49,200 bases of DNA from Deltaproteobacteria bacterium (GTDB lineage Bacteria > Desulfobacterota > Deferrimicrobia > Deferrimicrobiales > Deferrimicrobiaceae), in contig JAJZRM010000001.1 in NCBI GenBank assembly GCA_021802685.1, positions 1-49,200 of the forward strand. The letters run 5' to 3'. The notes below the pieces were generated by a model that saw only the letters and a list, made by a program, of their open reading frames with translations, searched no databases and had not been told where the DNA came from. This document shows, one piece after another, positions 27,511-36,108 of this stretch. Numbering within the stretch: the first letter of the stretch is position 1; every line of letters starts with the position of its first letter. A program made the position numbers and the translations under genes.

Positions 27511-28395
27511 ATGACTATTCAGGGCACGAAGAGGATCCTATTGGCCGGAACGGCCGGACCGCTGGGGGGGACTGTCGCTCCCAACCTTCTGGCGCTTGAC
27601 CATAGCGTGCGGGTCGTGACGGATAACCCCGACAAGGTGAAAAGGAAAAAGGGGTCGAATGTCGAAGTGCTCCAGGGGGATCTACGGAAGCGGGACAGCC
27701 TCCTGAAATCCCTCGACGGAGTGGACGGGGTGTTCATCGCGGGGGCGCGTCATGAAGACGGGCCCGACGCGGAATTGGCCCAGGGGAAGGCGATCATAGA
27801 CGCCTGCGCCGAGAAAAACATCGGACATGTCGTGTACTCCTCGGTCTGCTGCGCGAACAAGAGGACGCGCGTGCCGCATTTCGAGGCCAAGCACGAGGTC
27901 GAGGAGTACCTGAAAGGCTGCGGGCTCCCGTACACGATCCTTCGTCCGGTCTGGTTCATGGAGAATTTCATTTCGTCGCGGTACCGCCCTTCCGTCGAGA
28001 AGGGGGTACTTTGCACCCCGCTGCGTCCCGACCGGGTGCTTCAGATGGTATCGGCCGACGACGTCGGAAGGATCGTGGCGGAGATGTTCACGAAACCCGG
28101 GAAATTCGGGGAGCGGGAAATCGACGTCGCGGGGGACCAGCTGACGATGGCCGGGATCGCGGAGGAGATCTCCCGCGTCGCGCCGAACCCCGTCCGGTAC
28201 GAGCAACTCTCCGATTCCGACGCGGGGAATACCCTGAGCAAGGACATGCTGCTCATGTTCCAGTGGCTGGACACGCACGGATACGACGTCGACCTCTGGA
28301 TGGCGAAGAACCAGTTCCGGCGGTTCGAGATTCCACTGACCTCTTTCCGGGAGTGCATCGACAAGTACCGTCCCGAGTTCCGGCAGGCCGCCTGA
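27511..28395 (+). CDS. NmrA-family NAD(P)-binding protein
   Basis: ILLAGTAGPLGG (Rossmann GxxGxxG). The family-typical layout continues to ..YTILRPVWFMENF... AGGAGG RBS 9 nt upstream. Confidence 0.85.
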   Translation: MTIQGTKRILLAGTAGPLGGTVAPNLLALDHSVRVVTDNPDKVKRKKGSNVEVLQGDLRKRDSLLKSLDGVDGVFIAGARHEDGPDAELAQGKAIIDACAEKNIGHVVYSSVCCANKRTRVPHFEAKHEVEEYLKGCGLPYTILRPVWFMENFISSRYRPSVEKGVLCTPLRPDRVLQMVSADDVGRIVAEMFTKPGKFGEREIDVAGDQLTMAGIAEEISRVAPNPVRYEQLSDSDAGNTLSKDMLLMFQWLDTHGYDVDLWMAKNQFRRFEIPLTSFRECIDKYRPEFRQAA

Positions 28396-28404
28396 AAACG
28401 GCGG

Positions 28405-28435
28405 GGAAGAGGGAACGCGGTTCCCTCTTCCTTTT
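28405..28435. terminator. Bidirectional intrinsic terminator between convergent genes
   Basis: Perfect 12-bp stem GGAAGAGGGAAC / GTTCCCTCTTCC with loop GCG. TTTT follows on the plus strand and an A-run (AAAAC) precedes it. Confidence 0.75.
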
Positions 28436-28455
28436 CCGGCATTGCGGGGGGTGGG

Positions 28456-29115
28456 TTACGCGGCTTCCCTGGACGCTCCGTCCCGCTTGGCCGCCTCCCA
28501 CGGGAACCTGTCCGTGGACGCGGCCTCGTAGACGCGGCGGAACGTGTCCGGCCGCAGGATCGAGTCGGCGATCGCTTCCGCCAGCTCCTTCAGGCACTCC
28601 GGGGACACGCGCGGAGATCCGTTGCGGAGGTCGTACCACGGGGCGGGACGGAACACGGTCCATGAACGGTCCGATCCGCGCACCAGCGCTTCCGCTTTCC
28701 CCTTGGCGTGGAGGTACGGGACGGGGTCTCCGGGACGCGCCCCCGCGGCGCTGACGAAGATCAGCCGCTCGATCTCCCAGGCGGAGGCGGCGAAAAGAAT
28801 GTTGGCCGTCGCGTGCGCGTGCGCTTCCTCGAAAGTGATCCCCCGCCCCGGATTCTCCTTCCACGCCCCCGCGAGGTGCACGACGGCCGAGGTCCCCTGC
28901 AAGCCCATCTCCACGGATTCGCGGATCGCGAGGTCTCCCGGAGTAACCCGGCACCGATCGCGGACATCCGGAGGGATCCGTTCCTCCGACCCCGGGCGCA
29001 CGAAAAGCCTGGGAAGGAAGCCTTTCCGGATCAGCGCGCGGCAGACGTGCTCCCCCGGCAGCCCGGTGCCCCCCGTGACGAAAACCTCGTTGTACTCCAT
29101 GAAGGCGCTGTACAT
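28456..29115 (-). CDS. NAD(P)H-binding (atypical SDR / NDUFA9-like) protein
   Basis: VFVTGGTGLPGEHVCRAL..., ...VVHLAG..., ...YLHAKGKAE. Only the last ~220 codons of the 690-aa track ORF are credible. Start is ATG 29115 or 29100. Confidence 0.75.
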   Translation of the reverse strand: MYSAFMEYNEVFVTGGTGLPGEHVCRALIRKGFLPRLFVRPGSEERIPPDVRDRCRVTPGDLAIRESVEMGLQGTSAVVHLAGAWKENPGRGITFEEAHAHATANILFAASAWEIERLIFVSAAGARPGDPVPYLHAKGKAEALVRGSDRSWTVFRPAPWYDLRNGSPRVSPECLKELAEAIADSILRPDTFRRVYEAASTDRFPWEAAKRDGASREAA

Positions 29116-29205
29116 GGCTGTAAGATTCGGGCGCCTCCTTCCGCGTTTCCAAAAAACCTTCAAAACCGAAACGGAATCCAATCGGGACAGGAGGGCGCAT
29201 ACCCC

Positions 29206-30438
29206 ATGCAGACGACAACGAGGACGAACCGCGACATGGCCGTGCTTTTTTCCACGCGCATCATCCGTCTTTTCTGTTACGGTTTCCTCTCGGTCATCCT
29301 CGCGCTTTATCTGGCGGAGGTGGGACTTACCGAACGGCTGATCGGCCTGCTGCTGACGCTCACGCTCGCGGGCGATGCGGGGATTTCCCTTTGGCTGACC
29401 ACCGCAGCGGACCGCATCGGCCGAAAACGGACGCTGATCATCGGCGCCTTGCTGATGCTCGGCGCCGGCGTCGTCTTCATCGTCACCGGAAACGTCGTCC
29501 TTCTTCTTGCCGCCGCCGTCATCGGCGTCATCAGCCCGAGCGGCAACGAGATCGGACCGTTCCTGTCGATCGAACAGGCCGCCTTGACGCAACTCCTGCC
29601 GAACGAAAAACGCACGAAGGTGTTCGCCTGGTACAACCTCGTCGGCTCCTTCGCGACCGCGACGGGCGCGCTGGCCGGCGGCTGGTCCGCCCGGCTGTTG
29701 CAGGAAGGCGGAATGTCCGCCCTGGAAGCGTACCGGGCGGTCCTTGCGGGGTACGCGCTGGGGGGGGTCGTCCTCTGCATCCTTTTCCTCACGCTCTCCC
29801 GGGACGTCGAAGTGGATCCGGCATCCCGGGCCGGTTCCGCCCGCCGCGTGCTCGGGCTTCATCGGTCGCGCGGCGTGGTCATGAAACTCAGCGGGCTCTT
29901 CGCCCTGGACGCCTTCGCCGGCGGCCTGGTGGTGCAGGCCATGATCGCCTACTGGTTCCATATCAAGTTCGGAGTCGACGCGGGGGTCATCGGCTCGATC
30001 TTCTTCGGGGCGAACATCCTCGCGGGGACGTCGGCCCTGCTGGCGGTCCGGCTTGCCGACCGGATCGGTCTGATCAACACGATGGTCTTCACGCACGTCC
30101 CCTCGAACATCCTGCTGATCCTCGTGCCGCTCATGCCGACGCTCCCGCTGGCGATCGCCGTGCTGCTGCTGCGTTTCAGCATCTCGCAGATGGATGTTCC
30201 GACCCGCCAGTCGTACACGATGGCGGTCGTTTCTCCCGACGAGCGTTCCGCCGCTTCGGGCGTCACGACCATCGCCCGCTCCGTCGGGGCGGCGCTCTCG
30301 CCTTCGCTGACGGGCGTCTTCCTGGCCGTTCCCGCCCTCCTGAGCGTCCCGTTCTTCCTGGCGGGGGGCTTGAAGATCGTCTACGACGGCCTGCTGTATC
30401 GCAGCTTCCGGGCGATGAAGCCGCCGGAGGAATACTGA
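29206..30438 (+). CDS. MFS transporter
   Basis: About 12 hydrophobic helices and the MFS loop motif AADRIGRKRTLIIGA. ATG 29206 with CAGGAGGG upstream. Confidence 0.85.
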   Translation: MQTTTRTNRDMAVLFSTRIIRLFCYGFLSVILALYLAEVGLTERLIGLLLTLTLAGDAGISLWLTTAADRIGRKRTLIIGALLMLGAGVVFIVTGNVVLLLAAAVIGVISPSGNEIGPFLSIEQAALTQLLPNEKRTKVFAWYNLVGSFATATGALAGGWSARLLQEGGMSALEAYRAVLAGYALGGVVLCILFLTLSRDVEVDPASRAGSARRVLGLHRSRGVVMKLSGLFALDAFAGGLVVQAMIAYWFHIKFGVDAGVIGSIFFGANILAGTSALLAVRLADRIGLINTMVFTHVPSNILLILVPLMPTLPLAIAVLLLRFSISQMDVPTRQSYTMAVVSPDERSAASGVTTIARSVGAALSPSLTGVFLAVPALLSVPFFLAGGLKIVYDGLLYRSFRAMKPPEEY

Positions 30439-30466
30439 TGCGGCGGTGGAGGGGGACCTGTCCGGC

Positions 30467-31357
30467 CTATTGCGGCGTGGAACGCGGAAGGTGGCGTTCG
30501 AGAAACTCCGTGACGCGTTCGGCTGCATCGAGCCGCGCCGCCGGGTTTTCCCCGACGTGGGCCGCCCCTCCCCGGACCAGCGCCAGCCCCCGGCGAAGGT
30601 GGAGCTCGTTTCCGGGCCAGTCGAAACCGTGGAAAGCGCCGGGGTATATTTTCACTTCGACGGTTTCGCCCCGCTCCCGCGCATTCCCGACCAGCGGCTC
30701 GCACCGATCCGGAGGAGTCCAGTCGTCGGCCTCCCCCAGCAGCAACAGCAAGGGGCCGGAAGGATTCAGCCTTTTTTTCCCCTTCCACCGGCACGCCGGA
30801 TAAACGGCGATCCCCGCGTAAAAACCGTCCCCGCCGGGTAGCCCTTCCCGATCCATCGCCGCCAGAACGGCGGAGCCGCCGTTGGACCAGCCCAGGGCGG
30901 CGATCGCATCCGGACGAACGAATGCGAACGACTTGAGAAAGGAAAGTCCTGCGTACGCATCGGAGCGCCGGTCGTCCCACACGGTGACCGGCCGGTCTTT
31001 AAGGGTGCAGATCTCCTTGACGCCCCTCGGCGAAAAGGAATCGACGTGAAGCGTGACGAAGCCCGCGTTTCGCAGCGTGTCGTCCCAGTAACGCTGGCGG
31101 GCGTTCAATCGTCCGTTTTTCGCGAACATCCCGCTGCAGCCGTGCAGAAGGACCGCCGCGGGGAAAGGCCCTGCACCCTCCGGCCTGGACATGAGAGCGG
31201 TCAGGCGGCGTCCGTCCCGGCCAAGTCCGGGGAAGGAAACCTGTTCCAGGATCGTGTCCGCGCGCGCCGAAACGGCATGGACGAGCATCCCGGCGATCAA
31301 GGCGATGACGGGGAGGGCCGATCGGTTCCTGTCCCCGCGCGGGGGTCCGTCCGTCAC
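30467..31357 (-). CDS. Dienelactone hydrolase family alpha/beta hydrolase, secreted
   Basis: Signal peptide ..ALPVIALIAGMLVHAVSARA. Also AAVLLHGCSG and the nucleophile elbow GWSNGG. GTG start. Confidence 0.8.
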   Translation of the reverse strand: MTDGPPRGDRNRSALPVIALIAGMLVHAVSARADTILEQVSFPGLGRDGRRLTALMSRPEGAGPFPAAVLLHGCSGMFAKNGRLNARQRYWDDTLRNAGFVTLHVDSFSPRGVKEICTLKDRPVTVWDDRRSDAYAGLSFLKSFAFVRPDAIAALGWSNGGSAVLAAMDREGLPGGDGFYAGIAVYPACRWKGKKRLNPSGPLLLLLGEADDWTPPDRCEPLVGNARERGETVEVKIYPGAFHGFDWPGNELHLRRGLALVRGGAAHVGENPAARLDAAERVTEFLERHLPRSTPQ

Positions 31358-31443
31358 GGCGGCGCCTCAGCGGTAAGGGTAGTAAACGTAAAAGGAAAGG
31401 GACAGGAGCGCGAGAACCCATAGCCCGTGCGGCACCTCCCGCC

Positions 31444-31572
31444 CCCGGCCGCCTCGATGACCGCCGGGTTGACGACGATGATGTACGCCATCGTCAGGAA
31501 CGTCGTGATCCCCGCCAGGATCTCCTTCCGGCAGCTCGTGCCGTGCCGTTCGAATTCGAAGTACCTTCGGAT
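31444..31572 (-). pseudogene. Remnant of an NCS2/AzgA-family purine (adenine/guanine/hypoxanthine) permease, N-terminal ~43 codons only
   Basis: The minus-strand translation IRRYFEFERHGTSCRKEILAGITTFLTMAYIIVVNPAVIEAAG matches the conserved N-terminus of PbuG/AdeP-type permeases. There is no proper start codon. Similarity ends after AAG and the frame stops at 31354-31356. Confidence 0.55.
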
Positions 31573-31587
31573 CGGCGGCCCTCCCCC

Positions 31588-32304
31588 CTATGGGACGGAG
31601 TATTTCTCGATCATCCTTCCCACCATCAAGCCGCCCTCGTGTTCGGGGATGATCACCTCGTCCGCTCCGGAATTCCGCATGGCCTGGGCGTACCTTTGCC
31701 GGCCCGCCCGGGTGATGATCCTCAAGGAAGGGTTCATCGCCTTTGCGGTCACCGTGATGTAAAGGTTGTCCGCATCGTTGTCGATCACGACGCAGATCCC
31801 CCGCGCCCTGGCGATCCCGGCCGCCCGAAGCGTGTCCTGGCGCTTGGAGTCTCCATGGACGACGGGGATGTTCTCCTGGAGCAGCTGTTGGTGCACTCCC
31901 TCGTTCACTTCGATGAGGACGAACGGGATTTTCATCCGGTCGAGCTGGTCGACGACCGTTTTCCCCACCTGGCCGTACCCGCAGATGATGAAGTGGTCCC
32001 GGATCTTTTCAATGTTCGCGTCGTTGACCATCGCTTTCCATGCCTCCCTTCCCTGCTTTCGAAAGATGGTGGCGAGAACCCGCTCGGCGACCCAGATCTG
32101 GAACGAGAGAACCCCCAGGTAGACCAGCAGGGAGAAGAGTTTCGTGGCGTCGCGCACCTTGTCGTAATGGATCGCGTGGGGGTGGAAGATCCAGAAGAGG
32201 GCGTCCCGCCACCGGATCCCTTCCAGGGACGTGTAACACAGCACGCAGAGGAGGATGAAGGCGGCAAAGCTGAAAACGGGCAGCGCCAACCGCCGCAGGA
32301 ACAT
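31588..32304 (-). CDS. Two-TM potassium channel with RCK/TrkA-N domain
   Basis: TM1, pore region and TM2 (..LFSLLVYLGVLSFQIWV..) followed by FIICGYGQVGKTVV (Rossmann GxGxxG). ATG 32304 is preferred over the track's GTG 32373 because the extra 23 codons have low GC3. Confidence 0.78.
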   Translation of the reverse strand: MFLRRLALPVFSFAAFILLCVLCYTSLEGIRWRDALFWIFHPHAIHYDKVRDATKLFSLLVYLGVLSFQIWVAERVLATIFRKQGREAWKAMVNDANIEKIRDHFIICGYGQVGKTVVDQLDRMKIPFVLIEVNEGVHQQLLQENIPVVHGDSKRQDTLRAAGIARARGICVVIDNDADNLYITVTAKAMNPSLRIITRAGRQRYAQAMRNSGADEVIIPEHEGGLMVGRMIEKYSVP

Positions 32305-32398
32305 GACGAGGACAGCGGTCGATACCGTTCGAATCGTTGTTTCCCCCTTTCCCCGTGTTCCGACAATACACACATATACACCAGGAAAGGACCCGCCC

Positions 32399-32881
32399 TC
32401 AACCGGGTCCCTCTTTCCGGTACGTTCCGCTTTTCCCCCCTTCCTTGAACAGGAGGGCCACTTCCGTGATCGTCATCCCCCGGTCCGCCCCCTTGCACAT
32501 GTCGTAGACGGTCAGCGCCGCGACGGACGCGGCGGTCATCGCCTCCATCTCGACGCCCGTGCGGTCGATCGCCTTCACGGACGCCTTCACGAAGATCCGT
32601 CCCGCGTCCGGGTCCGTGTCGAAATCGACGGAGACCGCCAGGAGGGCCAACGTGTGAGACAGCGGGATCAGTTCGGGCGTCCTTTTCGCGGCGGCGATCC
32701 CCGCGAGGCGCGCGACGGCCAGGACGTCCCCCTTGGCCGCCTTTCCTTCGAGGATCATCTTCACGGTGCCCGGCTTCATGATCACGGTGGCGCCCGCGAT
32801 GGCGACCCTCATGGTCGGATCCTTGCCGCTGACGTCCACCATTACCGCCCGCCCGTGGTCATCGAAATGGTTGAACCCCAT
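32399..32881 (-). CDS. moaC: Cyclic pyranopterin monophosphate synthase
   Basis: MVDVSGKDPT.R.A.A......, GDVLAVARLAGIAAAKRTPELIPLSH, EMEAMTAASVAALTVYDMCK. Confidence 0.93.
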   Translation of the reverse strand: MGFNHFDDHGRAVMVDVSGKDPTMRVAIAGATVIMKPGTVKMILEGKAAKGDVLAVARLAGIAAAKRTPELIPLSHTLALLAVSVDFDTDPDAGRIFVKASVKAIDRTGVEMEAMTAASVAALTVYDMCKGADRGMTITEVALLFKEGGKSGTYRKEGPG

Positions 32882-32986
32882 GGGTCACCTCCAAAGCGCA
32901 CGCTTCTACATGCAAGCCCGGCGTCGCGCCGGGAATAGAAATACCACGTTCGAAGGATGGCGGGGGGGGCGATCAGCGGGGACGGT

Positions 32987-33331
32987 TCATGGCGGGCCCC
33001 CGGCATCGAGAAGGCGGTCGACTTTCGCCGCCATGATGAAATCGTTTTCGTGCAACCCATTGATCGAGTGGGTGCTGAAGCGCACCGTGCAGTACCCCCA
33101 GCCGACGGACAGGTCGGGGTGGTGCCCCTCCGCTTCCGCGATCTCCCCGACCCGGCCGGCGAACCGCATCGCCTCCGCGAAGGTCCTGAACCGGAATTCC
33201 CGGCGGATTCCCTTCGCCTCCTCCTCGAGCGTCCACCCGGGGAACCGGGCGATCATGCTTCCGGCTTCCTCCGCTCCCATAGCCGGCACGCCGCCCCGGC
33301 ACGGCACGCACCGCTTGTCCGATAGTTCCAT
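32987..33331 (-). CDS. 4a-hydroxytetrahydrobiopterin (pterin-4-alpha-carbinolamine) dehydratase
   Basis: CVPCRGG...GW.L.......F.F..F.EAM.F..RVGEIAEAEGHHPD......C.V.FSTHS..GL..NDF..A.K.D. ATG 33331 lies 7 nt after AGGGAGGA. The track start is 33349. Confidence 0.87.
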   Translation of the reverse strand: MELSDKRCVPCRGGVPAMGAEEAGSMIARFPGWTLEEEAKGIRREFRFRTFAEAMRFAGRVGEIAEAEGHHPDLSVGWGYCTVRFSTHSINGLHENDFIMAAKVDRLLDAGGPP

Positions 33332-33469
33332 GGATGCGTCCTCCCTCATTCATTGGATGCGAAAAACGAGCTGGGCGCCCGGTGGGGAAAAATTTCCCGG
33401 GAGGAGAAGCTCGTTTCGGATTCCGCATCTAATGATGCATCGGTCGAGGCCGGTTCGGATGAAGAAACC

Positions 33470-34987
33470 ATGTCGCCAGCGGACGGTAAAACATCATCGA
33501 AACGAAAGGACGCGTTGCGTCTTTTGCGTTTTCAAGCCGCGATCCTTGCCGCAGCGCTCGCCGGATGCGCGGCCGGCCCGGATTTCCGCCGGCCCGATCC
33601 CCCTTCGGCCGTTTCTTACACGCCGTCCGCGCTGCCGGCGGAAACGGCCGCCGCGCCAGTGGCTGGCGGCGCGCCGCAGCGCTTCGTCCCGGGAGAAGAG
33701 ATTCCCTCCCAATGGTGGGCGCTGTTCCGTTCCGAACCCCTGGACCGGTTGATCCGCCGGGCGCTGGCGGACAGCCCGACGCTCGCCGCGGCGCAGGCGA
33801 AGCTGCGCGTGGCGGAGGAGAACCGGCGCGCGCAGGTCGGCGTATTCTTTCCCGCCGTCGACGGGAGCGCGTCGGCCGCGAGACGGAAGTTCTCGGGCGC
33901 ATTGTTCGGGGCGCCCGGAAACGAGCTCGCTCCCTTCACCCTCTACAACGCTTCGGTGAACGTCTCGTACGCGCTGGACCTGTTCGGCGGCAACCGGCGC
34001 GAGCTGGAGGCCCTGCAGGCGCAGGTCGATTACCAGCGGTTCCAGCTGCAAGGCGCCTGGCTTGCCCTCACATCCAACCTGGTCACCACCGCGGTGCTGG
34101 AGGGATCTCTCCGAGCCCAGATCGGCGCGACCCGGGAAATCATCGCGGCGGAAGAGACGCAGTTGGACCTGGTGGAACAGCAGTTCCGGCTGGGAGGGGT
34201 TTCCCGCGCCGAGGTCCTCGCACAGCAGGCCCAGCTGGCCCAAACCCGGGTGACCTTGCCGCCGCTGGAGAAACAGCTGGCCCAGGCCCGCCACCGGCTG
34301 GCGATACTGGCCGGCAGGTTTCCCGGTGAGGCGGGAACGCTTCCCGAATTCGAACTGGACGGCCTGGACCTTCCGCGGGAACTGCCGGTGAGCATCCCTT
34401 CGTCGCTTGCGCGGAGGCGTCCGGACATCCTCGCCGCGGAAGAGCTGCTGCATGCGGCATCCGCCGGGATCGGCGTGGCAACGGCGAATCTGTACCCGCA
34501 GGTGACCTTGACCGGCAGCCTCGGGACGGAGACGAACAGGATACGGGACCTGTTCGGCGGGGGGACGTCCGTCTGGGGCCTGGGCGCCGGATTGCTCCAG
34601 CCGCTGTTCCGCGGCGGCGAGCTGACCGCGAAACGCCGCGCCGCCATCGCTGCCTACGAGCAGGCCGGCGCGCAGTACCGCGAAACCGTTTTGCTGGCGT
34701 TCCAGGACGTGGCCGATGTCCTGCGGGCACTGGAGATGGACGCGCGGACGTTAAAGGCGCAGTCGGAGGCCGAAGCGGCCGCACGGGCATCGCTCGATCT
34801 CGCACGGCAGCAGTTCCGTCTCGGGGCGGCGAGCTATCTGACGCTGCTCAACGCGGAGCGCCAGCATCAGCAGGCGCGGATCGGGCTGGTCCAGGCCCGT
34901 GCCGCGCGCTATTCCGACACCGCCGCGCTTTTCCAGGCGCTCGGCGGCGGGACGTGGAGTGCAACCGAGGGAGGCATCCACCGATGA
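33470..34987 (+). CDS. RND efflux outer-membrane factor lipoprotein (NodT family)
   Basis: Lipobox AALAGC, then PDFRRP.....Y....., and two OEP repeats. The start is uncertain among ATG 33470, TTG 33515 (which gives MRLLRFQAAILAAALAGC) and the track's 33353. Confidence 0.87.
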   Translation: MSPADGKTSSKRKDALRLLRFQAAILAAALAGCAAGPDFRRPDPPSAVSYTPSALPAETAAAPVAGGAPQRFVPGEEIPSQWWALFRSEPLDRLIRRALADSPTLAAAQAKLRVAEENRRAQVGVFFPAVDGSASAARRKFSGALFGAPGNELAPFTLYNASVNVSYALDLFGGNRRELEALQAQVDYQRFQLQGAWLALTSNLVTTAVLEGSLRAQIGATREIIAAEETQLDLVEQQFRLGGVSRAEVLAQQAQLAQTRVTLPPLEKQLAQARHRLAILAGRFPGEAGTLPEFELDGLDLPRELPVSIPSSLARRRPDILAAEELLHAASAGIGVATANLYPQVTLTGSLGTETNRIRDLFGGGTSVWGLGAGLLQPLFRGGELTAKRRAAIAAYEQAGAQYRETVLLAFQDVADVLRALEMDARTLKAQSEAEAAARASLDLARQQFRLGAASYLTLLNAERQHQQARIGLVQARAARYSDTAALFQALGGGTWSATEGGIHR

Positions 34988-36105
34988 AAAAGCGCATCTT
35001 GTTCGTCGTCATCGGCCTGGCGGCCGTAGTCGCCGCGCTTTCGGCCGTCAAGGCGATGCAGATCGGCGCGATGGTCGAGCAGGGGAAAAAGGCCGTTCCC
35101 CCGCCGGAGACGGTGACCACCGCCGCGGTCCGCTCCGATACGTGGGAGGTCGCCCTGACGGCGGTCGGCTCCCTGACCGCGGTCCAGGGAGTCACCGTGG
35201 CCGCCGAGCTGCCGGGAAAGGTCGCGGAGATCGCCTTCGAGCCGGGGGCCAAGGTGAAGAAGGGGGACCTGCTGATCCGCCAGGACACAAGCGTCGAAGA
35301 GGCCCAGCTTCCCGGGGCCGTGGCCCAGGCGGACCTGGCCCGGACCGTCCTCGAGCGCGACGCCGAAATGCTGGCGAAACAGATCATCTCCCAGGCCGAC
35401 TACGACGTCGCCGTCGCCAACCACGAGCAGGCCATGGCCCAGGCCAACAACATCCGCGCCGTCATCGCCAAGAAGACGATCCGCGCCCCGTTCACCGGGC
35501 GTCTCGGCATCCGGCAGGTCAATCTCGGCCAGATCCTCCGCGAAGGGGACCCGATCGTCACGCTGCAGTCCCTCGATTCGATCTACGTCGATTTCACCCT
35601 GCCGCAGCAGGAACTCGCCAGGTTGCGCGCCGGCCTGCCGGTGCGGGTGACGACCGACGCCTTTCCCGGACAGGCGATCGACGGGCGCATCACGGCCGTG
35701 AACCCGCTGGTGGACGCCGAGACCCGCAACGTCCGGCTGCAGGCGACGGTGGCGAACCGGGCCGAAAAGCTCCGGCCCGGGATGTTCGTCAACACGTCGG
35801 TCGGACTCCCCATCCGGCGAACGGTGCTGGCCATCCCGGCCACGGCCGTGCTCTATGCCCCTTACGGCGACTCGGTCTTCATCGTCGCCGACGACAAGGA
35901 GCGGAAGGGGGGGAAGGCGCTGCGCCAGCAGTTCGTGCGGCTCGGCGAGAAGCGGGGCGATTTCGTCGCCGTCACCGACGGGTTGAAGGGAGGGGAGGAC
36001 GTCGTCAGCACCGGGGTCTTCAAGCTGCGCAACGGGCAGGCGGTGGTGGTCGACAACCGGCTCTCCCCGCCGTTCCGGGAAAGCCCCAAGCCGGAGAACA
36101 ATTGA
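34984..36105 (+). CDS. RND efflux periplasmic adaptor (membrane fusion protein)
   Basis: MKKRILFVVIGLAAVVAA.., with lipoyl/hairpin/barrel segments such as IRAPFTGRLG.. and ..V.VTTDAFPG. ATG 34984 overlaps the OMF stop (ATGA). Confidence 0.88.
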   Translation: MKKRILFVVIGLAAVVAALSAVKAMQIGAMVEQGKKAVPPPETVTTAAVRSDTWEVALTAVGSLTAVQGVTVAAELPGKVAEIAFEPGAKVKKGDLLIRQDTSVEEAQLPGAVAQADLARTVLERDAEMLAKQIISQADYDVAVANHEQAMAQANNIRAVIAKKTIRAPFTGRLGIRQVNLGQILREGDPIVTLQSLDSIYVDFTLPQQELARLRAGLPVRVTTDAFPGQAIDGRITAVNPLVDAETRNVRLQATVANRAEKLRPGMFVNTSVGLPIRRTVLAIPATAVLYAPYGDSVFIVADDKERKGGKALRQQFVRLGEKRGDFVAVTDGLKGGEDVVSTGVFKLRNGQAVVVDNRLSPPFRESPKPENN

Positions 36106-36108
36106 CCG

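Noticed and set aside
29116-30528. N-terminal 470 codons of the 690-aa minus ORF 28456..30528. Similar N-terminal extensions occur in track ORFs 18946.., 41461.., 28708.., 17101.., 16017.. and 11180...
   Set aside because: The extensions are antisense or off-frame to well-supported genes and are Arg/Pro-rich. Each real protein begins at an internal start with an RBS and a family-typical N-terminus.
31588-31590. The K+ channel TAG stop is followed in the same frame by the purine-permease fragment. Stop-codon readthrough or a fusion protein was considered.
   Set aside because: The downstream sequence corresponds to the N-terminus of an unrelated transporter and degenerates after about 43 codons. 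No recoding signal is evident. The shared frame is best explained as coincidence at a deletion junction.
32917-32933. Hairpin CCCGGCG-TCG-CGCCGGG between the pterin dehydratase stop and the moaC start, considered as a terminator.
   Set aside because: No U-tract follows on the transcribed (minus) strand. The two genes may be co-transcribed. The evidence is too weak to call.
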